Below are positions 19,417 to 26,098 of a stretch of DNA of 26,098 nt, piece by piece. The DNA comes from Planctomycetota bacterium (GTDB taxonomy: Bacteria; Planctomycetota; UBA1135), in contig JACNJP010000224.1 of NCBI GenBank assembly GCA_014382465.1, positions 9,560 to 35,657 of the forward strand, written 5' to 3'. The notes beneath the pieces are model-generated. The model was not told the DNA's origin, ran no database searches, and saw only the letters and a program-made list of their open reading frames with translations. Position 1 is the first letter of the stretch. Every line of letters begins with the position of its first letter. A program made the position numbers and the translations under genes.

Positions 19417-19996
19417 GTTCCGCTTCTCGATAGGGGGTGAGGATCTCGCGAAGCTTGGTCCGGGCCCGGTGCAGCAGGGACTTGGTGGCCTTGGCGCTGA
19501 TGCCGAGGACCTCCCCGATCTGCTCCAGGTCGAGGCCGTCGTAGTGCTGCAACACCAGCGCCGCGCGTTGGTTCTCGGGTAGGCACTCGAGCGCCTCCTC
19601 GATCCTCCGGGCCCAGGTGCGCCGGTCCGGCTCCTCCCAGGGCGCCTCTCCGCCGGCGTCCTCCAGGTCGATCCGTTCACCGTCGGCGGTGCTCGGCATG
19701 CCCACCTCGCGGCGCCGCTTCCCGTCCCTAAGCCTATTCAGGGCAAGGTTATAGACGATTCGGTAGAGGAAGGTGCTGAGCTTGCCGCGGGGCTGGTAGC
19801 GCTCGCGGGCGCGGTAGAGCCGGAGGAAGGACTCCTGGGCCAGATCCTCCACGGCCGCATGGGGGCCGAGCAGGCGCCTCAGGAGGCCGAAGACTTGGCC
19901 GGAGTGGAGCTCGACGATCTCGTCGAAGGCCGCCTCCTCGCCGGCCTGGAAGGCCAGCATCAGCTCCATTCCCCGGTCGGGGCCCGGGTCAACCAC
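19409..19996 (-). CDS. ECF-family RNA polymerase sigma factor
   Basis: LMLAFQAGEEAAFDEIV, region 2 AVEDLAQESFLRLY and KLSTFLYRIVYNLALNRLR, region 4 LPENQRAALVLQHYDGL..IGEVLGIS..TKSLLHRAR. Start is GTG 19996 or ATG 19969. Confidence 0.95.
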   Translation of the reverse strand: MVDPGPDRGMELMLAFQAGEEAAFDEIVELHSGQVFGLLRRLLGPHAAVEDLAQESFLRLYRARERYQPRGKLSTFLYRIVYNLALNRLRDGKRRREVGMPSTADGERIDLEDAGGEAPWEEPDRRTWARRIEEALECLPENQRAALVLQHYDGLDLEQIGEVLGISAKATKSLLHRARTKLREILTPYREAEHD

Positions 19997-21020
19997 CGGC
20001 GGGTCCCCACAAGCGGGAACCGACCGCGCCGAGCAGGCGCTCGCGGGGGACGGGGCCGTAATGACGGGAATCTCGGCTCGAACCAGGGTTGTCTCCGAGG
20101 AGGAAGTACTCGTCCTCCGCGAGCTGCAACTCCCTGGAACAGCCGTAGGTTCCGGCGGGATCCCGGAACAGGTCGCGGCCGACCCGGACCCGGCGCAGCA
20201 GCACCTGGTGGCCGCCGAAGCCGGCCTGCTCGAAGGGCGGTCCCGCCAGGGCGTCGACCATCGGCGTCGCGGCGATCGGGGAGAAGGGCGCCGGCTCGAA
20301 CAGCAGGCGGCCATCGAGGCAGGCGTAGAGGAGCTGATCGACCTTGCCGAGGAACAGCTGCCCGCGATCCAGGTCGAGGGGCAGCTCGGTCGATGCCAGC
20401 AGTACTTCCCCCTCCCACAGGGTGCAGCTCCCCTCCCCGATCGCCAGGGCGAAGGTCGTGCCTCCCTCCACGACCAGGAGCTCGAACAGGCTGCCGGCTT
20501 CGAGCAGCTCGAAATCGGCGGCCAGGCCGAGATCGGAGGCCGGGCGCGCGCCCTCGTGGAGCGCCCCGCGGCTCAGGTAGCCGTCGAGCGGAACCGAACG
20601 CAGGTAGGCGCGCCCCTGGTCATGGAGGATGGCGGCGCCTTCCTCTCCATGGTCCGGGAGGTTGAACTGAGCGGCGATCTCGGTCCCTTCGGCGTCGACC
20701 AGGGGCACCAGGTCCTCGGGGCCGCCGACGGCGCGGGCGTGACGGCCACCGTCGATGAAGAGGTCGCCGTCGATGAGCTGGATCCGCTCCCCCGGCAGGC
20801 CCGCCACCCGCTTGACGGCCACCAGCTCGGTGTCGGGCTCGCGGAACACCACCAGGTCGTGGCGCGACGGCGGAGCCGCCCAGAGCGGGACGGTCAGGCG
20901 CAGCTCCCCGTCCTCGAGGGTCGGCAGCATCGACGGACCGAGGATCCGCACGGGCTGGAACAGCAGGCCGAGGGTGGCGAGGGCGGCCACGCCCAGCAGG
21001 ACCAGGGGGCGGCGCTTCAA
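19989..21020 (-). CDS. lepB: Signal peptidase I with a large insertion
   Basis: Hidden at the end of track ORF 19989..22271. TTG 21020 overlaps the mgtE TGA. One TM, then box B GPSMLPTL (Ser), box C DLVVF, box D VKRVAGLPGE (Lys), box E GDNPGSSRDSRHYG. Confidence 0.9.
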   Translation of the reverse strand: MKRRPLVLLGVAALATLGLLFQPVRILGPSMLPTLEDGELRLTVPLWAAPPSRHDLVVFREPDTELVAVKRVAGLPGERIQLIDGDLFIDGGRHARAVGGPEDLVPLVDAEGTEIAAQFNLPDHGEEGAAILHDQGRAYLRSVPLDGYLSRGALHEGARPASDLGLAADFELLEAGSLFELLVVEGGTTFALAIGEGSCTLWEGEVLLASTELPLDLDRGQLFLGKVDQLLYACLDGRLLFEPAPFSPIAATPMVDALAGPPFEQAGFGGHQVLLRRVRVGRDLFRDPAGTYGCSRELQLAEDEYFLLGDNPGSSRDSRHYGPVPRERLLGAVGSRLWGPAGG

Positions 21021-22402
21021 GGCAGCAGGATGTGGGCCGCCCCGAAGAACAGGAGGACGGCGGACAGGTCGCTCACCGCCATCATGACCGGGCCCGAGAC
21101 CAGGGCCGGGTCGAGCCCGGCGGCTTGCGAGCCCATGGCGATCGAGCTGGCGGCCGTCGCGGCCCAGGTCATCGCCAGCAGCAGCGACACCCCCAGGGCG
21201 ATCCCGATCTGCCAGTTGCCGGTGAAGAACGCGGCGGCCGGCACGGCGATGGTGCAGCAGAGGGTCCCCAGCGCCACCCCGACCTGGAACTCGCCGAAGA
21301 AGACCGACAGGCGCCGCCCGGCGGTGATCTGGCCGACGGCGAAGCCGCGGACCAGGACCGCGGAGGTCTGGCTGCCGATGGTTCCGGACAAGGCCAGGAC
21401 CATCGGGAAGAAGGACAGGACGGTCAGCCAGGTCTCGCCGCCCGCTCCGCCGCCGAGCTCGGCGTCGGGCGCGAAGAAGTTCATGGCGCGGGACATCGCC
21501 AGGCCGGCCAGCACCGTGACCAGCAGCATCGGGCCGCGGTGGATCACCTTCTTCCACAGCGACTCGGAGGCCTCGGAGGCGCCGCTCGCGCCCGCCAGCA
21601 GCAGCACGTCCTCGGAGCCCTCCTCCTCCAGCACCTCCAGGGCGTCGTCGGCGGTGATGATGCCGACCATCAGGCCGCGCGGGTCGAGCACCGGGATGGT
21701 CGACAGGTTGTAGTGCAGGAGCCGGTGGACGGTCTCCTCGCGGTCCTCGTCGACGCGGGCGTGGATCACGTCCGGGTTGGCGAGGTCGCCGATCAAGTCG
21801 TGGATGTTTGCCTCCAGCAGCTCGCGGACCGAGATCACCCCCTCCAACTCCCCCTGCGCGCCGGTGATGTAGAGGGTGTCGATGGTCTCGGCCTCCTCGC
21901 CTTCCCCGCGCTTGATCCGCTTGAGGACGTCGCCGACGTTCTCGCCCGCCTTGACCTCGATGAACTCGGTGGTCATCAGGCCGCCGGCGCTGTCCGGGTC
22001 GTAGGCGCCCAGGTGGCGCAGGTCGGAAGCGTCCTCGGCGTCGACGTGCCGCAGCGCCAGCTGGCCGAGGGACTCGGGCAGCTCCTCCAGCAGGTCGGCG
22101 CCGTCGTCGGCCGGCAGCAGGTTGAGGAGCTGGCCCAGGAAGCTCGGGTCGACGTCCTGGAGCAGCTTGGCGGCGAACCGAGGCTCGGCCTCCTCGAGCA
22201 CCTCGGCGGCGAGGTCCATGCCGAAGCCCTGGAACAGGTGGCGGGCCTCCTCCGGCTGGAAATCCAGCCACAGGACGTCGGCGATGTCGGCGACGTGGGC
22301 CCGGTCGCTGGGCAGGAAGGGGGTGCCCGCGGGCAGCTCCAGGTGGTCCCGGAGCGCCAGAAGCACCTGATGCCGTCGTTCCCGCCTGCGAGCTCCTGCC
22401 AT
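21017..22402 (-). CDS. mgtE: Magnesium transporter MgtE
   Basis: MgtE-N repeats (ADDGADLLEEL), SAGGLMTTEF, tandem CBS domains, GIITADD, TM region GTIGSQ..LVRG, LDPALVSGP and the Mg-binding Asp in AVSDL. Confidence 0.95.
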   Translation of the reverse strand: MAGARRRERRHQVLLALRDHLELPAGTPFLPSDRAHVADIADVLWLDFQPEEARHLFQGFGMDLAAEVLEEAEPRFAAKLLQDVDPSFLGQLLNLLPADDGADLLEELPESLGQLALRHVDAEDASDLRHLGAYDPDSAGGLMTTEFIEVKAGENVGDVLKRIKRGEGEEAETIDTLYITGAQGELEGVISVRELLEANIHDLIGDLANPDVIHARVDEDREETVHRLLHYNLSTIPVLDPRGLMVGIITADDALEVLEEEGSEDVLLLAGASGASEASESLWKKVIHRGPMLLVTVLAGLAMSRAMNFFAPDAELGGGAGGETWLTVLSFFPMVLALSGTIGSQTSAVLVRGFAVGQITAGRRLSVFFGEFQVGVALGTLCCTIAVPAAAFFTGNWQIGIALGVSLLLAMTWAATAASSIAMGSQAAGLDPALVSGPVMMAVSDLSAVLLFFGAAHILLP

Positions 22403-22410
22403 GGTCGGGG

Positions 22411-22437
22411 ATTATAGGTTTCGCGACCGCCTACAAT
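22411..22437. promoter_or_regulatory. Back-to-back sigma70-type -10 boxes
   Basis: TATAAT on the minus strand (22416-22411) is 8 nt before the mgtE ATG. TACAAT on the plus strand (22432-22437) is 9 nt before ATG 22447. The intergenic gap is only 44 nt and has no SD. Confidence 0.65.
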
Positions 22438-22446
22438 GGGCACTCC

Positions 22447-23487
22447 ATGACCCCGCTCGAAGGCCTCCTCCAGCTCTGCGACCAGATCGGTGAGCTCCAG
22501 GCCCGGAACCCCAGCACGGACTCCGAGGCCTCCGCCAGCACGCGGGCCCAGGTCCTGGAGCTCCGCGGCCGCTTCTTCGACGAGCTGCCTTCCCTGCGCG
22601 AGCACGGCGTCGCCTCCACCCTTGAGGACGCCGACCTCCTGCTCCTGGCGCTGCTGTTCCACCGCCGTCTTGCCGGGGCCAGCGACCCGCTGACCGGCGG
22701 CAGCCTGGTCGCCCTGCTCCGCCACGCCGGCTTCACCCGGACCCAGGCGCTCGGCGCGCTCGGCCCGGATGGCCGCCTCCGCATGGAGCAGTGGCTGTAC
22801 GCCCAGCCCCAGCCGCGCGGCCACGAGCCGCTCGACACCTGGTTCTCGGCCTCGCCCGCGGCGATGACCCTCTTCTGGGCCCCGGGATGGGGCGGCGACG
22901 GCGACGCCGAGGTGGCCGTCGAACCGCGGCCCTACCGCGACGAGGAGGAGCTGCTGTGGGAGCTGTTCGGCTGGCGCAACCTGTGCATGTCGCGCGCCGA
23001 GTCGCTGTTCCCGCCCGAGGACCCGAGCGGCAGCGTCTCGCCGCGCTTCCGCCAGCTGCGGCAGGCCGCGAGGAGCGCCCTGGTCCTGATCCGCCGCCGC
23101 CTCCAGGCCACGCCCGGCGGTCGCGGCTACCGCATCGAGAACTTCCGCCGCGAGCAGAAGCTCGGGGTGGACCACCTGCTGGTCGTCGTCCACCTGCTCT
23201 TCAGCGAGCTGGTGGAGGGCGAGCCGTACATCTCGGCCCTGGAGTGCCTGCGGGTGGTGTCGGAGAACCGCACCGACCTGTTCGCCAAGCGCGACATGAT
23301 CGGCCCCAAGGGCCGGCTGCGCCGCGCCGGGATCGTCGGCGCCGCCGAGAGCCACGAATTCAGCAAGGCCCTCGCCACCGACCTGACCCTGTCCGACTGG
23401 GCCGCCGACGAGCTGCTCAGCGGCGTCGGGATTCCGCCGCGGCTCGACGACCGCGAGATCGACGACTTCCTGAACGGCGATGAGTGA
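22447..23487 (+). CDS. Hypothetical cytoplasmic protein with two internal repeats
   Basis: 346-aa ORF with GC-rich third positions, its own -10 box, and an 8-nt overlap with the next gene. Repeated motif LGPDGRLR / IGPKGRLR. Confidence 0.8.
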   Translation: MTPLEGLLQLCDQIGELQARNPSTDSEASASTRAQVLELRGRFFDELPSLREHGVASTLEDADLLLLALLFHRRLAGASDPLTGGSLVALLRHAGFTRTQALGALGPDGRLRMEQWLYAQPQPRGHEPLDTWFSASPAAMTLFWAPGWGGDGDAEVAVEPRPYRDEEELLWELFGWRNLCMSRAESLFPPEDPSGSVSPRFRQLRQAARSALVLIRRRLQATPGGRGYRIENFRREQKLGVDHLLVVVHLLFSELVEGEPYISALECLRVVSENRTDLFAKRDMIGPKGRLRRAGIVGAAESHEFSKALATDLTLSDWAADELLSGVGIPPRLDDREIDDFLNGDE

Positions 23488-24700
23488 CGGCGCCGCGCAC
23501 GAGGACCTGATCTTCGACTGGGAGGCCCACGGCCACCACGGCCTGCCGGCGCCCAAGGGCAGGGTCCAGCTCGACGACGAGACCCTGCGCGACGGGCTGC
23601 AGTGCCCGTCGGTGATCGACCCGCCGCTGGAGAAGAAGATCGAGCTGATCCACCTGATGGACCAGCTCGGCATCGACACCGCCGACATCGGGCTGCCCGG
23701 CGCCGGGGTGCACGCGCGCGAGCACATCCTGGCGCTGGCGCGCGAGATGCTGCCGCTCGGGATCACGCCGAACGTCGCCTGTCGCACGGTCGTCTCGGAT
23801 ATCGAGCCGGTGGTCGACATGGTCCAGGAGCTGGGCGCGCCGATCGAGGTGTGCGCCTTCATCGGCTCCAGCCCGATCCGCGCCTACGCCGAGGGCTGGG
23901 AGCTCGACCGCATGGTCGGCAACGTGCGCAAGTCGGTGGCCTTCGCCAAGCGCAACGGCCTGCCGGTGCTGTTCGTCACCGAGGACACCATCCGCTCGAC
24001 GCCGGAGATCCTCGAGGCGCTCTACGGCGCGGCGCTCGAGGAGGGCGCCGACCGGGTGTGCCTGTGCGACACCGTCGGCGCCGGCACGCCGGGCTCGGTG
24101 CGCAACCTGGTGTCGTGGATGAAGCGCTACATGGTGGCGCGCAACTTCAAGGCCGGCATCGACTGGCACGGCCACCGCGACCGCGGGCTGGGGCTGGTGA
24201 ACACCCTGTCGGCGCTGTCCGAGGGCGTCGAGCGCGCCCACGCCTGCGCCCTGGGCATCGGCGAGCGCGCCGGCAACGCCGAGATGGACCTGCTGCTGGT
24301 CAACCTGAAGCTGCTCGGCTGGATCCAGCGCGACCTGTCCAGCCTGGGCGAGTACGTGCGCGTCGCCAGCGAGGCGGTCGGCCGCCCGGTGCGCAGCGAG
24401 TACCCGGTGTTCGGCGGCGACGCCTTCGAGACCGGCACCGGCGTGCACGCTGCGGCGGTGGTCAAGGCCTTCCGCAAGAACGACACCTGGCTGGCCAACC
24501 GCGTCTACTCCGGCGTGCCGGCCGACGACTTCGGCCTCGAGCAGAAGATCAGCGTCGGCCCCATGAGCGGCAAGTCGAACGTCATCTACTTCCTCGAGAA
24601 GCGCGGCCTGGCCGCCACCGACGAGCGCATCGACGCCATCCTCTCCGCCGCCAAGAACAGCGACCGCCTGCTGACCGAGGACGAGGTGCTGAGGGTGTAA
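23480..24700 (+). CDS. LeuA-family DRE-TIM acyl-CoA condensing enzyme (isopropylmalate/homocitrate/citramalate synthase-like), no C-terminal regulatory domain
   Basis: DETLRDGLQ, CLCDTVG, HGHRDRGLG, GIGERAGNA, AFETGTGVHAA, ISVGPMSGKSN. At 406 aa it ends after the subdomain I/II region. Confidence 0.85.
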   Translation: MSDGAAHEDLIFDWEAHGHHGLPAPKGRVQLDDETLRDGLQCPSVIDPPLEKKIELIHLMDQLGIDTADIGLPGAGVHAREHILALAREMLPLGITPNVACRTVVSDIEPVVDMVQELGAPIEVCAFIGSSPIRAYAEGWELDRMVGNVRKSVAFAKRNGLPVLFVTEDTIRSTPEILEALYGAALEEGADRVCLCDTVGAGTPGSVRNLVSWMKRYMVARNFKAGIDWHGHRDRGLGLVNTLSALSEGVERAHACALGIGERAGNAEMDLLLVNLKLLGWIQRDLSSLGEYVRVASEAVGRPVRSEYPVFGGDAFETGTGVHAAAVVKAFRKNDTWLANRVYSGVPADDFGLEQKISVGPMSGKSNVIYFLEKRGLAATDERIDAILSAAKNSDRLLTEDEVLRV

Positions 24701-24762
24701 TTAGGGGTCAGACATCGATTGTTTGAGGGGCGCCTCTGAAACAATCGACGTCTGACCCCTAA
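24699..24762. repeat. REP-like long inverted repeat (full hairpin copy)
   Basis: 24701-24724 TTAGGGGTCAGACATCGATTGTTT pairs with 24739-24762 AAACAATCGACGTCTGACCCCTAA (24 bp, one mismatch), plus an inner GAGG/CCTC stem. It lies between convergent stop codons. Confidence 0.85.
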
Positions 24763-24768
24763 ATTGCC

Positions 24769-26098
24769 CTACCAGAACATCGCGTAGAGGCCGGCGGTGA
24801 GGAGGACGATGATGCTGCCGTAGAGCTTGACCCGCGGGTGCGGGGTGACGTCGATGCGGCTGACCGGCATCACGCGCGGCGCGGCCAGCGGGTCGAGGCG
24901 GGTCATGACGAGCATGACCGCCACCAGCAGCACGAAGATCATCGCCATGTGGTGGAGGAAGGCGATCTCGTTGAAGGCGTGCATCCAGCCGGTGTCGATC
25001 ACCAGCCCGCCGAAGCGGGCGACGGCGTAGAGCGGCACGCCGAGCAGCAGCGCGGCGCGGGCGGCCGCCGGCGGGGTGCGGCGGTTCAGGATGCCGACCA
25101 GGAACACCGCCAGGATGCCCGGGCTGATGAAGCCCCAGATCTCCTGGATGTACTTGAACACTCCCTCGAAGCTCGAGATCACCGGCGCCCAGAGGCAGGC
25201 CAGGACGACGATCACCGCCGTAGCCCAGCGGCCGACCCGCACGTCGTTGGCGGCGGTGCTCTTCGGATTCAGGTAGCGCTTGTAGAGGTCGATGGTGAAG
25301 ATCGTCGAGGCCGAGTTGATGCCCGAGTTGAATGAGCTCATCACCGCCCCGCACAGCGCCGCGAACATCACCCCGCGCAGCTCGGGCGGCAGCAGCCGGG
25401 CGATCATGAACGGGTAGGCCTTGTCGCCGGCGTTGCCGCCGAGGGCCAGGATCTCCTCGCTGTAGAGTTGGTAGGCCATGATCCCGGGCATGACGATGAT
25501 GAAGGGGATCGCCAGCTTCATGAGGGCCGCGAACAGGATGCCCTTCTGGCCCTCGGCCACGCTCTTGGCCCCGAGCGTGCGCTGAGTGATGAACTGGTTC
25601 AGCCCCCAATAGAACAGGTTGGGGATCCACAGGCCGCCGATGAAGACCGCCAGCCACGGCACGTCCGGGTCGTTCCACGGCAAGACCGTGTGCAGCTTGG
25701 CCTCGTTGGCCTCGGTGAAGGAGGCCCAGCCGGCGAGCACGCTGCCGTCGCCGAGCTCGGACAGCGCCAGCCAGGTCACCAGGGCGGCGCCGAGCATCAG
25801 CGCGCCGCCTTGCAGCAGGTCCGACCAGACCACCGCAGTGAGCCCGCCGTAGACGGTGTAGGCGCCGGCGATGATGCCGATCAGCCAGATGCCGCTGACG
25901 GTCGACCAGAACTCGGCGCTCTCCCGCCACGGCGCGTCGGCCGCCAGCGACAGGCCGAAGCTGTCGGCGCAAACCGCCGGGAGCTGGAAGATGCCGTTGA
26001 GCGCCATCGCGCCGCTGTAGACCACCGTCGCCAGGAACACGATCACGTAGGCGACCATCAGGTAGCCGGCCATGATCGCGCGCGTGCCGTGGTCGTAG
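24769..26098 (-). CDS. Sodium:solute symporter (SSS/SGLT family), 5' end outside the window
   Basis: YTVYGGLTAVVWSDLLQG, WIPNLFYWGLNQFITQRTLGAKS, GQKG, GVMFAALCGAVMSS..NSASTIFTIDLY. The frame stays open past ATG 26073 to the window edge (YDHGTRAIM). Confidence 0.93.
   Translation of the reverse strand, partial: YDHGTRAIMAGYLMVAYVIVFLATVVYSGAMALNGIFQLPAVCADSFGLSLAADAPWRESAEFWSTVSGIWLIGIIAGAYTVYGGLTAVVWSDLLQGGALMLGAALVTWLALSELGDGSVLAGWASFTEANEAKLHTVLPWNDPDVPWLAVFIGGLWIPNLFYWGLNQFITQRTLGAKSVAEGQKGILFAALMKLAIPFIIVMPGIMAYQLYSEEILALGGNAGDKAYPFMIARLLPPELRGVMFAALCGAVMSSFNSGINSASTIFTIDLYKRYLNPKSTAANDVRVGRWATAVIVVLACLWAPVISSFEGVFKYIQEIWGFISPGILAVFLVGILNRRTPPAAARAALLLGVPLYAVARFGGLVIDTGWMHAFNEIAFLHHMAMIFVLLVAVMLVMTRLDPLAAPRVMPVSRIDVTPHPRVKLYGSIIVLLTAGLYAMFW

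Noticed and set aside
19989-22271. 760-aa ORF suggesting a long N-terminally extended LepB
   Set aside because: The first ~417 codons are an Arg/Gly/Pro-rich off-frame read of mgtE. The real gene starts at TTG 21020.
24699-24765. The repeat as a CRISPR repeat or IS end
   Set aside because: There is no regularly spaced array, no cas gene and no transposase or target-site duplication. Copies are isolated or inverted.
12010-26098. tal and the SSS symporter as part of the glucan locus
   Set aside because: They are 8 and 21 kb away, separated by unrelated operons, and I noticed no copy of the TGAAAT-N10-ATTTCA site near tal. The symporter's upstream region is outside the window.

Overview
This is a very GC-rich bacterial chromosomal window with about 20 real genes. 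Gene style loosely suggests Planctomycetota, which is inference only. From left to right it holds: a truncated secreted protein and a secreted PPC-CBM48-GH13 glucan enzyme, divergent from a CBM48 + winged-HTH regulator; mnmH, purF and an ANKH/MATE-like transporter; two tandem 6-TM hybrid histidine kinases; a transaldolase; an S8 protease; a membrane sulfatase-like hydrolase; a codon-overlapped mgtE-lepB-ECF sigma-anti-sigma-DUF3106-like unit; a tandem-repeat hypothetical coupled to a short LeuA-family synthase; and a truncated Na+/solute symporter. I found no rRNA, tRNA, CRISPR array, transposase or phage genes. The best candidate for a new system is a one-component alpha-glucan-sensing regulator (CBM48-wHTH) with a palindromic operator centred between two divergent -10 boxes. 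Other leads are a REP-like repeat, a shared sigma28-like promoter on both kinases, many near-leaderless starts, and a signal peptidase embedded in an ECF/anti-sigma operon. All family calls come from motif recognition by eye, without database searches.
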